64,000 nt of DNA. Origin: Pelomyxa schiedti. Lineage: Eukaryota > Protista > Evosea. The stretch is taken from positions 186,001 to 250,000 of the forward strand of contig JAHLWZ010000004.1 of the NCBI GenBank assembly GCA_020536535.1, in the 5' to 3' direction. A model generated the notes under the pieces. It worked only from the letters and a program-made list of their open reading frames with translations, searched no databases and had not been told where the DNA came from. How positions within the stretch are numbered: position 1 is the first letter of the stretch; the number at the start of each line of letters is the position of its first letter. Shown one piece after another: positions 25,501 through 37,530 of this stretch. A program made the position numbers and the translations under genes.

Positions 25501-26886
25501 TTACTCGTGGTGGAGAATTTCACAAGAAACCGTGGCTACATCACCACCATCCTCATCACTCTCAGCTTCCCCTTCAGCAACCTCTGCCTCGTTGTGTGTT
25601 GGTGTCGATGCTGATGCCGTGGCTGTTGTTGTGGGTGTAGTAGTTGCAACTGAAGTTGAGGCAGAAGCTGCTTTCTTCGTCTTGCGCTTTTGCTTGTTTC
25701 TCTTTGCTCTGTCTCGGGCTGCCTGTGTTTTGGGTTTGGCACCGGGCTTGGCAGCGCTATTATTGGCGGCGGCTGGCTTCGTTGTTGTGGTGGTTGCGTT
25801 GAGGAGGGTTGTCAATTCGCCGGAGACGGCTGAGGTGTCACTGCTTGACGAAAACCTCTCGGCAATGGAGTGCAAATCCGCGATTCGCTTGCGCTGCTGC
25901 TCGTTTTTGGAGGCTTCCAGGGCTGTCAGCTCATCTAGAAGTTGTCGAGCCTCTTTCATCATGGGTGCAGGTGGAATAGTCGGCGTGGCGGCTTCTCGTA
26001 ACTCATTTGCTTTATGAAGTAGTACGAGCAGTTCCTGTAGTGAGAAGTCAAACTACAAAAGATTGGAAATAATAACAGAGCGGGGTACCTTTACATCGGC
26101 AACGGAGAGAGACTTCAACTCATCAGGTACAAACTGGGGAATGGAAGTGGGATTTATGTAAGGCTGTGCCCGTAGCATCTCACATGCAGACTGTGTGCAA
26201 GCAAAAAAGTCGAATAAATTGTCACTTGACGGAGGTTAGAGCGGAGGGATGGTGATAAAGGAAATGCACAAGGAGGGTTTGCCTGTCTTCAAGGAAAAAC
26301 AAAAGGTGGTCAATTATTTTCTGACTCTTTATCCTAGTTAGCAGCCACTGCAAGTCATGAACCCTCTCAGTAATTGCCAGTAGTGTATTCATCTCCGGTG
26401 CATCCTCTTTCAAAATAAATCAATTCCAATCCAGTCACAAAAAATTACATTCAACAGTGTATCATATAAACAAGCAGCATGAGATATAGCATCCCGATCC
26501 CAGCTTCGTAAACTTTATAATACAACAAACAACTCGCAAATCACCCCAACAAACAAACTGAAAATAAACCACGCCACAAATAGCATGACAAACAAGCAAA
26601 CAACAAAAACAAAGACACAAAACAAAGGGGCACCATTAGCGGGTCTCAGCAAAGACAGCAACGGCAGCAACGCACGTAGCCTCGCCCCCAACGCGCGCAA
26701 TCGTACTGCGTAGTACTGGGGCGTCGCGCCGTCGCACGCCGACGTGACGAAGTCGACGCCCTGCGTCAGCATCTTGATTGGCATCGCTATCACCTCCGAC
26801 ATTGTCCCACAATCCGCCGTGGCAGTTCCGCTGCTTGCCGAGGGAGTACAAGCCGACGCGACAGTGACCGACGTCGTACTAGCCAT
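25501..26886 (-). CDS. Hypothetical helical/coiled-coil protein; multi-exon
   Basis: Consistent spliced frame from ATG 26886 through exons near 26640, 26500, 26410-26240, 26190-26100 and 26040-25500 with GT-AG introns; no family recognised. Confidence 0.5.
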
Positions 26887-26949
26887 CAGATCTTTTTTGG
26901 ACGAAAACGAAGACCTGGTTTTCGGCCGAATACAACACAAGCCGAAAGT

Positions 26950-26957
26950 TCCCATAA
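26950..26957 (+). promoter_or_regulatory. DUSE-like snRNA upstream sequence element TCCCATAA
   Basis: Matches the Dictyostelium upstream sequence element consensus WCCCAWAA and starts 62 nt before the U2 5' end, about the spacing known for Dictyostelium snRNA genes. Confidence 0.6.
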
Positions 26958-27011
26958 TGAAAGAGGTAGGGTCTCGGGAGTATTTGCGCGGCCCGAGTTT
27001 AAAACTCCTTC

Positions 27012-27218
27012 ATACCTTCTCGGCCTTTTGGCTAAGATCAAGTGTAGTATCTGTTCTTTTCAGCTTAATATCTGAAAGCTGCCCATTGGGTAGCATCGAT
27101 ATTAAACTTATTTTTCGTGGGGTCGCTGGGGGTGTCTGCTTGGTGGTGGGGCTTGCTCTGCTGCCAAGTTGGGTGCCCTCCTGATTGCCCAGGCACTGCA
27201 CTGCCGCCTAGTGTGGTC
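27012..27218 (+). ncRNA. U2: U2 spliceosomal snRNA
   Basis: ATACCTTCTCGGCCTTTTGGCTAAGATCAAGTGTAGTATCTGTTCTT (U6-pairing and branch-point GTAGTA regions), stem IIa TCAGCTTAATATCTGA, stem IIb GCTGCCC-ATT-GGGTAGC, Sm site ATTTTTCG at 27110-27117, loop IV ACTGCACTGCC. 3' end approximate. Confidence 0.97.
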
Positions 27219-27270
27219 AGCCCCACTTTCCAAAAACAAAAAGAAGAGAAATGTAAGGATTGGGTGATAT

Positions 27271-28540
27271 TTATTTGGATTCCCTAAAGGGACAATTACT
27301 GGGGAGGGCATAGTCCGTTGTGGAGAAGTCAATGTGGAATCCTGTGAGTGTGGATGATGACGGCACACCAAGGTCATTGCCGGTGAGGTTTATTGAAAGT
27401 GGTGGTGAGTTGTATGACAGACCTGTGGATGATGCTACTTTCTTGGCCAGGCTGTAACCTGGGACTGTGGCGCTGATGACCACGCCAGAGCCGTCGGGCT
27501 TTTCTGGTAAGTGGCATTTTAGTGTGATAAACTGGCTGCAGGAATACAGCTTCCGTTCAGAGACACGCAATTGCACGTGAACGCCACTGGGGTAGGTGCT
27601 GTTCGCTTGTATACTCCACCCAAGGGTTTTGGAAGAGGGTTTTCCTTGGAGGTAGGTAACCTCGCATTCGGTATTAGACCCATTCCAATACGGATAGCCC
27701 TTGAGCTCGACATGAATGACGCACTTCACCTCGCTCGAAACAGCTGCGCATTGGTTATATAACGTTTGCTTGAAAGTAGTTCAGTACCGCCGTGAACTGC
27801 CGCTCTTAGAACTTGACACACCTGCCGACAACTAATAAGTGTCTCTGCAGGAAGGTATCCCGCAATAACTTGCAACAGATAAACAGGCAGATCCAACAAG
27901 TGAGTCCCTTCAAAGAATTGAGTATTTTAATTCCTCACAAATGAAAGTTGGATGGGAAAAACCATGGTGCACAGAAATTTCCTCTAAAAGAACTCTGAAT
28001 GAAGCCCGAAACCTATCAGAAGCACAAAGTAGCTGGAGTATATCGGGAGTTAGTGAAGGGTGTTTAGTGAATGGAAAACCTTTTGCTTTGAGATAGACTG
28101 TGAGAAATCCAGATGTCTGAACGCATTCAGGGAAAACTTGAAAAGAGTTACATTGCATAGAAGGAACTGCAAAAGCCTACCTGCTCATTTGCCCTAACCT
28201 GCTCCGTGAGTGCATGTTTCCTCTGAGATAAAGCACCAACAGTTTCGTCAGTAAGTGCAGAAAAGTTTTCCTCTATATCATTTAATATCTTATCTCTTTC
28301 CTGAATTCCAAGCAAAGGTAAGTCTGTTAGTAAATAAGGAAAGAAGACATCAACAACCATAGCCGTGGCAGATATCAAGTTACTTGCAACAATGGTCACG
28401 TATCCCAACAGAGTCTCCTCCTCACCACTCCGCCGTATCTCCTCCTTCGCCATGCGGTCGTCTCCATCCACGCCCTCAATTTGTTTTTCCTCAGTGTTTG
28501 TGGAATCAACGGCATTCTTCTGCACGACTTCGGTTCGCAT
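27271..28540 (-). CDS. F-box domain protein; multi-exon (start may be upstream, to ~28699)
   Basis: Spliced exon reads HLLDLPVYLLQVIAGYLPAETLISCRQVCQVLRAA (F-box consensus LxxLPxxLLxxIxxYL..L..C..VC) at about 27900-27805; last exon is ORF 27271..27729. Confidence 0.6.
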
Positions 28541-28822
28541 GTCACCCCTCGGTGTGGTGATTGGTGCTGATGCAAACGAGGCCGTCGCCGGTGACGGGGC
28601 GCAGGACCCCTCCCCCGCTCCTCCGCCACTGCTTTCATATATCTTTGTTGTACTCGTCTCGATGCTGTCGCTTTTCCGGTGCTCTCTGTCGCCCCACAAA
28701 AAGAAGAATCAGATTTATGTTTTTTTGTCTTGAAGTTCGTCTTTTTTTTTTTTTTTTTTTTTGGTAAGTTCAGAGCAGGGGAGTGCTGTTACGCTAATAA
28801 GCTGGCGCCAGCTTGTTGGGAA

Positions 28823-31414
28823 TCAGGATTTCCTTGACTTTTTGGAGTTGCTTTTCGAGAGGGGAGGTTTGCGCCTCTTGGTTCCAGCTGATGGTGCTGA
28901 TGAAGAACGGCGCATTGCTCTGATGTGTGATGCAACCAATTCTGTGTGCCTGCTCACTGTTTCTTTGAGCCATAGGGGAACCCCCTGGGTGTATTCTACA
29001 TTCAGGTCTGCAGGTGTAAGCCTGAAGTAGTGTATGAACCACTTTGCAGTCTCCTTCTTGTCCGAACTCTCATGGACTCCTAGTGCTAACATCACCCTTT
29101 TTGGATTGACCAAACTATCTGATTTTGTGAGTGAGAAGTTCTTGCACAACCACTTGAGTGATTCGTGGCTATGGTGGCATAAAAGCACAATTTCGTCATC
29201 GGTCAAGTCCTCTTTTTTGATGGGAAGATTATCAGCCATCCACTTGGCTTGCTTGAAGTTGCATGCCGATACACAGTCCATGAATGCAGGACAAAATTCA
29301 GGCACATTCACAATGAGTCTACTCAGAGGCGAAAGCTCGTGTACAACAGGTATCAGGTCCATACAGCCAGGCCGTTTGGCAACCTTGCATAGACTAATCC
29401 AGGCCCCACCCATGTCATGTGGTTCAGGATGGAAGTACTTCAGGAGCCAGCAGAGAATAGAGGTCTCCGGTGCTATCTTTTTCTGGTAAAGCGTGTCATA
29501 AACTGCTGCTGCCTTGAGTAACCTTGCCAGAGGCATGTGTCCCAGTCCAGTTAAGTCACTGTGCTTGGTAAATGCCTTAACAACAATAGGGCATGAATTG
29601 TGTGCAATTTGTACACAGCTTTTAACACTGAAGGTGATTTTGGGTGCAATCCAATCCACAACCCTGGGAACAAGTTGGCAATATTGTGTAAACCTGTTTG
29701 CAGGTGGGTCCATCATTAAAAGTCTCCGCAGCAATATCTCTATGTATGTACTTGGAAAAATAGTGTCCATGTCAAATTTGCAGAAAAACCAATCAATTGC
29801 AGGTGCACACCCTACCTGGCAGCAAGTTGTAAATGGCTCCCAAAGGTAATCGGGATGCCAGTCAAATGTAGAGGCTAGGAAGCTGGCAACTAAGAATTTG
29901 GGGGGTGGTGCAACAAAATCTTGTACACCCTGCAGCCGGTGCTTGTGGTGAATTTCAACACTTTTTTGCAGTGCTACAGACAGGAATTCACGGCTGTGAA
30001 TCTCTTTATCTGTAATTCCGAAGGTTTCATGCAGCCATTCGATCCCCACAATGCTGTCTGTCTCACAACAAGCTTGTATCAGATCCATCAGGTTGTAGTG
30101 GGCATCATGTTTCCAGGCTCTGAGGACTATATTTGCAGCCTCAACGTGGTTGTGCTTCAAGGCCTCACTCATCATCACCAAGAAGGGTACTGCAAGTGGC
30201 TGTCTTTGTAAGGCTTGTTCCAGGAGATTCAGACAATCGTATTTGCAGGCCTGGCCAGCCAATTTTGGTGCCAAATACCTCCAATATGTAGGGGGTATTT
30301 CCAATAATTCTTGCAGTGCAATCACTTTCATTTCCCCACATTCGCATGCAGGGCCTAGTACATGGGAAATGTAACGGGACCTCACTATTGGAAATTTTTT
30401 TGAGGGGAACTTGAAAAGCCGCCGACATAAATCCAGAGACCCCACTGAAGCTGCATTTTTCACTGCATCCAGGTACAGCTGCAGATTGTCAATAACCAAC
30501 AGCTGAGTACTCACATACTCAAAGGTTGCCACAGAGCCAGATACGCACGCACAACAAAGTGCAGATTCCAAAGTATCTCTCTCTGCGTTCCTTCGGCTCC
30601 TGTCAAACAGTTCCACGCACTCCACGCGCCCGCCCAAGCAGGCGCAGCACAGAGCATTCCCCCCCTCGGTGTCCAGGGGCATCAGCCTCTGTCTCCTGTC
30701 GAAGCAGCTTCCGGCGAACCACCGGGCGAACTCGGCGTGGCCGTGCCCGACGGCGAAGGATATGGGCCCGGGGCACTCCCACACGCGGCCGCAGCCGCCC
30801 CACCTCCCGCAGTAGTCCTCGTTGCACAGGACCCAGTCGGCCACCCCGACGCAGCCGTGCGTGGCGGCCGCGCACAGGGCGCTGAGGGGCCCGCCCCAGC
30901 GCCGCATCAGGGCCCGGGCCACGAGGCCCCGGAGCGGGAACATGGCCTCCCCGCACTTGCACAGCACCTCCTCGCGGGCCCCCTCCCAGTGCCTCATGTG
31001 CTCCCTCAGGCCCTCCGTCGGCCACCGCCTCCCCCGGCACATCCCTGCCCCTGTCCCCCCCTTCTTCTTCTTCTTGTTGTTGGTGCCACCACCGCCGGCT
31101 GCTGCGGGTTGCTGTTGCTCCCTGAGCTCGTGCCACCTGGGCAGAATCTCGGTGGCCCTCCTCGTGCACCCGCAGAACGCGACCGCGACGGGGCCGCGGG
31201 TTACGCTACCACGGGGGCCGTACACGGGCGCGTTGTTGTGGTACCACTGCCACAGCTGGGCATTGTGGGCGGGCACCGGCGAGGAGAAGTACTCCGAGAA
31301 CACGCGGGGCACAACTACACGCCAGAGCAGGCCCGATGCGTCGATAGCACCTTGGTGGCGGACTATATCCACGCGTGGGCGTTCTGCTTGTTGTTGGTTA
31401 TGGGAGAAATTACC
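28823..31414 (-). CDS. Long single-exon ankyrin-like/helical repeat protein (~850 aa); 5' end unresolved
   Basis: ORF 28823..31372 with degenerate ankyrin-type units: AAATHGCVGVADWV, AVGHGHAEFARWF, CCACLGGRVECVELF, CCACVSGSVATFEYV, AASVGSLDLCRRL. The open frame extends to a TAG at 31415-31417 with no early ATG. Confidence 0.65.
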   Translation of the reverse strand, partial: GNFSHNQQQAERPRVDIVRHQGAIDASGLLWRVVVPRVFSEYFSSPVPAHNAQLWQWYHNNAPVYGPRGSVTRGPVAVAFCGCTRRATEILPRWHELREQQQPAAAGGGGTNNKKKKKGGTGAGMCRGRRWPTEGLREHMRHWEGAREEVLCKCGEAMFPLRGLVARALMRRWGGPLSALCAAATHGCVGVADWVLCNEDYCGRWGGCGRVWECPGPISFAVGHGHAEFARWFAGSCFDRRQRLMPLDTEGGNALCCACLGGRVECVELFDRSRRNAERDTLESALCCACVSGSVATFEYVSTQLLVIDNLQLYLDAVKNAASVGSLDLCRRLFKFPSKKFPIVRSRYISHVLGPACECGEMKVIALQELLEIPPTYWRYLAPKLAGQACKYDCLNLLEQALQRQPLAVPFLVMMSEALKHNHVEAANIVLRAWKHDAHYNLMDLIQACCETDSIVGIEWLHETFGITDKEIHSREFLSVALQKSVEIHHKHRLQGVQDFVAPPPKFLVASFLASTFDWHPDYLWEPFTTCCQVGCAPAIDWFFCKFDMDTIFPSTYIEILLRRLLMMDPPANRFTQYCQLVPRVVDWIAPKITFSVKSCVQIAHNSCPIVVKAFTKHSDLTGLGHMPLARLLKAAAVYDTLYQKKIAPETSILCWLLKYFHPEPHDMGGAWISLCKVAKRPGCMDLIPVVHELSPLSRLIVNVPEFCPAFMDCVSACNFKQAKWMADNLPIKKEDLTDDEIVLLCHHSHESLKWLCKNFSLTKSDSLVNPKRVMLALGVHESSDKKETAKWFIHYFRLTPADLNVEYTQGVPLWLKETVSRHTELVASHIRAMRRSSSAPSAGTKRRKPPLSKSNSKKSRKS

Positions 31415-31658
31415 CTAGGCTACGCACCACGACAGCTTCCCTGCATTTTTTTTGTAGAACCCAACAGCCTGCCAAATGCAAAATCGATTGATAATATCTC
31501 TCCCTGGTGCCCAATCACAGAAGGTGACAACAACCCGTATGTTCCACAGCTTCCGGCAATAAGAAGTGCAGGTTTTGAAAATTGAACCCTTTTTCATGTT
31601 TTCGTAGAATGCATCATTTCTGCCAGACAATAAAAAAAAAAAACGTTCTTGGGAGGGT

Positions 31659-34600
31659 ATGCCGCGTTCAGTGCGATCTTTTGTGCAACAGATAACATCC
31701 AGAGGTAGGTAGCACGAGGGGAGACTCACAGATTTACCCTCCCAATAGATACAAAGCAGCGTCTTGTTGCTGTAGGGAAACTCGCAGAGTACCTTGAGGA
31801 GGACTCTGTGTTGGTATCACAACACTTTTTTTTTTTTTTTTTTGGAATGGATAGAAAACACTATGAACAGGACGAAGAGCTTGAGGACGTTGTTGGTGCA
31901 CTTATACAAAGTAGTTCTGATAACAACTTCCGAGTGAGTGAGGGTTCCTTGCGTGCGTTGGTGGTGCTGGTGTCAACAACAGAAGTCATTCTTAGCACAC
32001 AAGCCTATCTGGACTCCATTCTGCCTGCTGGATTTGCCTGCTTGGCTGATGGAAAGCAGCAAGTCCGTGACCAAGCTGCTCTGCTGCTCTTGGTCAGATT
32101 CTTGTTGCAGTAGAATTAATATGCTCACGTTTTGTTTGTGCTTTTATTTGCAGGTTGGGATGAGAATATCAACACCTCAAAAAGTGTATGAATTACTGGA
32201 GCCAGGTTTGACTCACAAAAACTCACGAATTAAGGAGCAGGTAGAATTTCTGAGGTTATAAATTAGCTAATCTCTTCAACAAGGTTGTTTTGTGCCTCTA
32301 CACTGCCTTGAAGGAATTTGGTTTCTCCAATGTTCCAACAAAAAAATTCACTCCTATGGTTATATCCCTACTGGAAGATGCTTCTACTTTTGTGAGAGAA
32401 GCTTGCATTCTTTGTCTAGAAGAAGTTTACAAGTTTCCATTGTTACTGTTGACATCCATTTTTTAACACTCTTCAGAAACGTTGGACCATCATTAATTAC
32501 TGAAATACAACAACGGAACATTCGCAATAGTGTTCTGTCGGTTGTTTTGGAAAGATTGGAGCAAGTTCCACTTGATCCCGCAATCATAGCCCCACCTCCA
32601 TCCCAAAATGCTGCAGTCCATAATCAAGTGAACTTAATTGGAAATTCTGGAACCAAGAAGCATCAACCAGGTACACCTATGAGTACATCGAGTGCCACTA
32701 GTTCTTTTTCCACACAACCGGGCAGTGCTTCAAAAGTAAAACCTGTGGCAACCAATACTAATGTACCAACCGCACCGAAAGAAAATAGAGTGGAGATACC
32801 TGCGATACGGGTTAAAAAATGGCTTGGATACTTTTTGTTAACCAAACTTGATTAGGTTTCCTCTGACAAGCAACTCCAGAAAGAACTTGAAGAAATTGAA
32901 TATGCTATATCATTACCTGATAATGATTGGGAACAGAGAATAGGAGCACTAAGAAAACTTATTGGTCTTGCTAAAGGGGGCTCTGCCTCTAATTCTCTTT
33001 TTATTTCGGCAATATCTACAAAGTTGCGTGACTTAATATCCCAACAGGTACATTTCTACAGTTACATTGTGTACTAACACCCTCAGTGCCTCGATTTGCG
33101 CTCAATGGTAGTCAAAGAAGCTTGTCAATGTGTGGAAACTCTTGCACTACTAATTGGTGAACCGTTTGAACCACTGGGTGACTTCTTTGTTGAAACCATG
33201 TTCCGAGTTATTGGCGTTGGAAACCATGTTATAGCGGACTCTGGTACTCAGTTTCTCAGTTGGAAAGCTTATTTTAATAACTTCAAGGAATTCAGGTACA
33301 AGAACTTCCTGTTGATAAGATTTTTTTAGTTGTTCAAGGGGCTGAGAGGTCTTCTCAACTGCACCCGACTTGGTAAAGGGGTTGGAAAAATACTAGAAAT
33401 GATGGCCTCAAAGAATCCACAACAAAGACAATTTGCTGCTGATTCGGCAGCAATAATTCTGAGTCAATATGATAAATACATGGCAAGTAGTAACTTTTGC
33501 GGTTATTTTTCTTTTAATTCTACAAGGGATCCCTAGATAGATATGCTGAACAGTTTGAGGCAGCAATCAAGGGATGCCTAAGTGATGCTTCTCCAGCTGT
33601 TCGATCCTGTGCGCGAACGGCATATTCTAAATTTTCCCTTTGTTGGCCAGATATTGCTCAGAGGTTTCTTGCAAACTTTGATTTCTAGTAGTGACTTTCC
33701 CTAAAGAACCCTTGCTTCTCTGGATCCTTCAACAAGAAAGAGACTTCAGGTTGCCTTAACTTCTTTTCAACACTAACCTTACTTAGGAAGAATTGAATAG
33801 ATCTGTAAACGGGACGTTAATAAATTCGGGTGGTACCAGTGTCAGTAAAAGCTCAACATCGAGTGTAAGGTAGACTTTCTCATACTTCTATCCGAATTTT
33901 ACTTTTCCTAGTGACTCTACTCCGAGCTTCCCACAGCAGAAGCAAAACGAGGTATTTCTTTGATTACTGGAAGGGTATAGCCCTAAATCTCATGTTTGAT
34001 GGTTCCTGCAGACTTATGCAATGAAAGTTCGTTCTACTGCTCAGCAAGACCCTCCACAGGTTTAACTGTGACACAATATGTGAGTTTAACAGTTGGTAAA
34101 GGATATGACTACCAATATCACTGTGACAGTAATGGAGCCACAAAAAAGGGCTGCCTCTAAACCCCAGGCCCGCCAAAAAGCTGGCCTTATTGCGGATAAC
34201 CCAGAAACCGCAAGTCCAGCTACTAGCGGTAAAGCAATTGAAGCCAAACTTTCTGATGAGGATACAAGTATTGAAACTAGTGTTGCTGATAGCAGTGTTG
34301 GGAATATCTCGGAGATGATAGAGCAAGCTGACTTAGCACAGTGGTCGTGCAGGCATAGTGCCTTTGTACAAATACGTGACGCTCTTGAGTCTCCTGTGGC
34401 TGTATCTTCTTTGGCTCGAGAAGGGAGCCGAGTAGAGGCTTTGATTTCTTGTTGTGAGAGACATCTAGATGACCCGCACCAAAAGGTCCCTTCTATAATT
34501 TGTCTAAACTAATAGAAATCAACTATCAGGTTTTTGTGTCAGTCTTAGAAGCTTTGGATATGAGTATCAAAAAATCGAAGCACAAGGCAAATCTCTATCT

Positions 34601-36333
34601 TAGTCATCTAATACCAGTACTTTTTCTCAAGTTGGTAACAACTTCAGATAAAATGAGACCTGTTGTTTCACAGGTAGTAGACATTTTTTTCTTGAAAAAT
34701 AAATTAGTTATTCCCCCACAGGTTCTCAAGTCAATACAACTTAACTGTTCTCCCGAATGCGTTTTCAGTACCGTTACCGAGTTTCTACAACATACCTCTT
34801 CTGAGGAACAGGTGGCATCAGAACAAACACAAAAACTTGTCTTGGCGGTGGTTGAGTTCTTTTTGGATATGTTCTCTGTAAAATTTTTCAGTGAGCCAAA
34901 AAGTACCGCATCTTTTTGTTTCTCAAACTTACTCTGCAATAGCTCTCCAAATACTTTTACCGATATTCGTTGGTCTCACAGAAGACTTTTCTGGAGATGT
35001 GCAAAAAGTGGGTAAATCCATATATCCTTGTGTTTCTCCACCTCTATCTTCCAGGCATCGTCAATTGCTATACAAGAATTATATACAAGATACACAAACA
35101 GTTTCCTCACAACCACAAAGTTTCTTCCAGAAAGTTGCTTAAGTTCCCTGAGGAAGGTTGGTATGTCCATAGTCTTTCAAGCTTGGAAATTTCTATCAGG
35201 TAGTAATTTCCATTGACCCTTCGTTTGATCAAAAAGTTGCCATCTCTAGAACACCCCAAAGAAGGTAACCACTTTTTGCTATTTTTCTCCTCTAATAGAT
35301 ACAGTCAAAGACAAGATACTTCACTTAAGCCCAAGTATCCCTTTAATACATTTATCTTGTGGTTTCACTTCCTTTAGCCTGGAGAAAAGCATATTTGAAG
35401 GTTTTGTGCTCCCTAGAAATCGTATGCTCCTGGGTGGTACGGAATTTTTCTTATTGTGGTAGTTCCCAAGGAGGTGGCAGCAGTGATCGAACAACTTTCC
35501 CAAGGGGGAACAGCCTGCAAAGAGAGCCTATGCCTAATAACGTTGAAGTTAACATCTTCCACACCTGAGGAAGATTGGGTCAGTAACCTCGACAGCTTAC
35601 TCTATGGAATACTGACTACTGCACAATCGGTGGAGGTTGGCCACCCAACTTTATTTTTCTGGCTCACTTCTGGAACAGACACTGCCCCGCCAGTTATCAT
35701 TACTGGTTTTAAGAGAACTCCTTGCATTTCATCCAGTCTTGTCTGGCAAACCACAGACTGTAAAATCTATTCTTGATTTATCTCTCAGAGCCAGCAATGA
35801 CAACGACCCCCAGGTGAGTTTTCAATCTCCTCACTTTGATTAATGTATTCCAGATTTGCGCTGCTGCACACCAAGTTTTGGACGAAATCGTCAAATCTGG
35901 TGACAAGTCCCAGCTTGCTGAGGTAATCTCCTTGGTGAGATGAACATTACATTAACAAATTCGTACCAGGCGACGCTACAAATAATGAATGCTTCCGGTG
36001 ACGAACCTGTTGTGGATGCTGCAGCACTCCAAGTATTAAGAATGGTGCTTAGGGACATTTCCCTACCCACCTGGAGGTCTCAGCCTGTTTGGCAAGATGT
36101 AAACACAACACTTATAAAAGTAAGAATGCCCTAAAAAAGAGGCCATAACTTACTGACAACCAACCCAGAATGTAAATCACAACGCCCTGATAGTTCGCAA
36201 GGAAAGTGCCTATTGCTTGGCCCAACTTATTCAGGGTTTGGGAGAAGGAATTCTACCTTCAAACGCTATCTCACCCTCACATATGATTCTTGTGAAAAAG
36301 TGCATGGACAACCTCACTTCCACTTCATTTTGA
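31659..36333 (+). CDS. CLASP: CLIP-associating protein CLASP (TOG/HEAT repeats); multi-exon
   Basis: MPRSVRSFVQQITSRDTKQRLVAVGKLAEYL (cf. plant CLASP DTKERMAAVERL), DNDWEQRIGALRKL, DLRSMVVKEAC, DASPAVRSCAR, C-terminal VRKESAYCLAQLIQGLG; TGA 36331-36333. Confidence 0.85.
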
Positions 36334-36415
36334 CACTTCCACACCCTGTAACATACCAACAAACAAACCAAAGTTTTGGAATAGAACCAGAATAGCTGTT
36401 TGTTTTAATTACATT

Positions 36416-37530
36416 TCAAACTGTAAAAACAAACCCTAGTTGCAGCCATCTGAGAGGAATTACAGGATTCAAGCACCGCGGAATCACTACCGGTTGGTTG
36501 AAATCAGAGGCCAATGTGATAGGGTACCCTGGTGCAGAAAGAGCTTGTGGGTTGGTTATGGCATTTGAGATAATATGTGGTGTTCTGGCCTGTGGTAGCC
36601 ATGAGGCCATTCCTCTCAGTAGGGTCACCATGGGAGCCAACTCCAGGCAGCCCAAATATGTTCCGGCTTGTGTATGTTTGCGGAAGGCAGCAAGGATGGA
36701 TTCCTTTGTTGATTCACCATCACAGCCCATCCCTGCCACCACGTGGAAGAACTTGTAGTCCCTGCGATGACTTCTCTTACCCAGAAGCTGCTCCACGGCC
36801 TTCTTATCTCTTCCTTGGTCACCACTCATGTTGGTGTCAGTAAGACTGTCACCTCCGGCATCTACCCCGATAACACAGTCAAATCCAAAGTCAGAAAGTT
36901 CCGCGGCCACATCCATGTTGGGTTCTTCAGTCTCAGGTAGCATAAATATAACTGGTGAAGGGAACCCCTGTTCCACTCTAGGTAATGTCATCAATATCTG
37001 GTAGTATCGAAGTCTACGTGGGCACTGTCTGTAACAAATAAGACCAGTGGAAATAAGGCCATTAGTTATCATTTTCTTGATTTTATTAAGAGTTAGGTGA
37101 ATATTAAAGCAGAGTGACAGGGTTTCCTTGGGTCACTGTACGCCTCCTTTGTTACCCATAAGTATCTACTGCAGCGCAAAGTGCTGCCTCCCGTATTCGG
37201 CGCGCTGCTCGTCGTAGTGGAAGCGCCATTTGTTCCCATAATGGTACTTGGCGGGCTTCCGCCGAGGGCAGCTACGTCGCAAACTACCGGCGAAAGCGCT
37301 GATGTGTCCACAGGACCGTCCTTGGTGTCCCCATAGGACAACAAGCACGTAGGCGGCAGAAACGGCTTCACGAAAGTATGCGCGAAAACGTACGCCGTTA
37401 TGGCGTCGCAGCCGCCGCCCAACCCGACGACCAGCACGCGTCGGCAACCGCTGAAAGTCGAACCGTTGAACGCATACTGTGAGCGAGTTGGGTCGTCTCT
37501 GTGCTGCGTCGTTTCGCTGTCCACATCCAT
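36416..37530 (-). CDS. DUF1152-family protein; probably one intron (~37033-37140)
   Basis: RRVLVVGLGGGCDAITAY and FDCVIGVDAGGDSL are the two characteristic DUF1152 motifs (GxGGGxD and VDxGGDSL); also VVAGMGCDGE. ATG 37530. Confidence 0.7.

Noticed and set aside
27010-27729. Beta-rich ORF 27271..27729 first read as a VDAC/porin, and small ORFs over 27010-27377
   Set aside because: 27271..27729 splices to an upstream F-box exon and lacks porin motifs; the small ORFs overlap the U2 snRNA.
30603-31585. Alternative-frame and antisense ORFs of 188-282 aa
   Set aside because: Shadows of the GC-rich part of the ankyrin-like ORF, with no motifs of their own.
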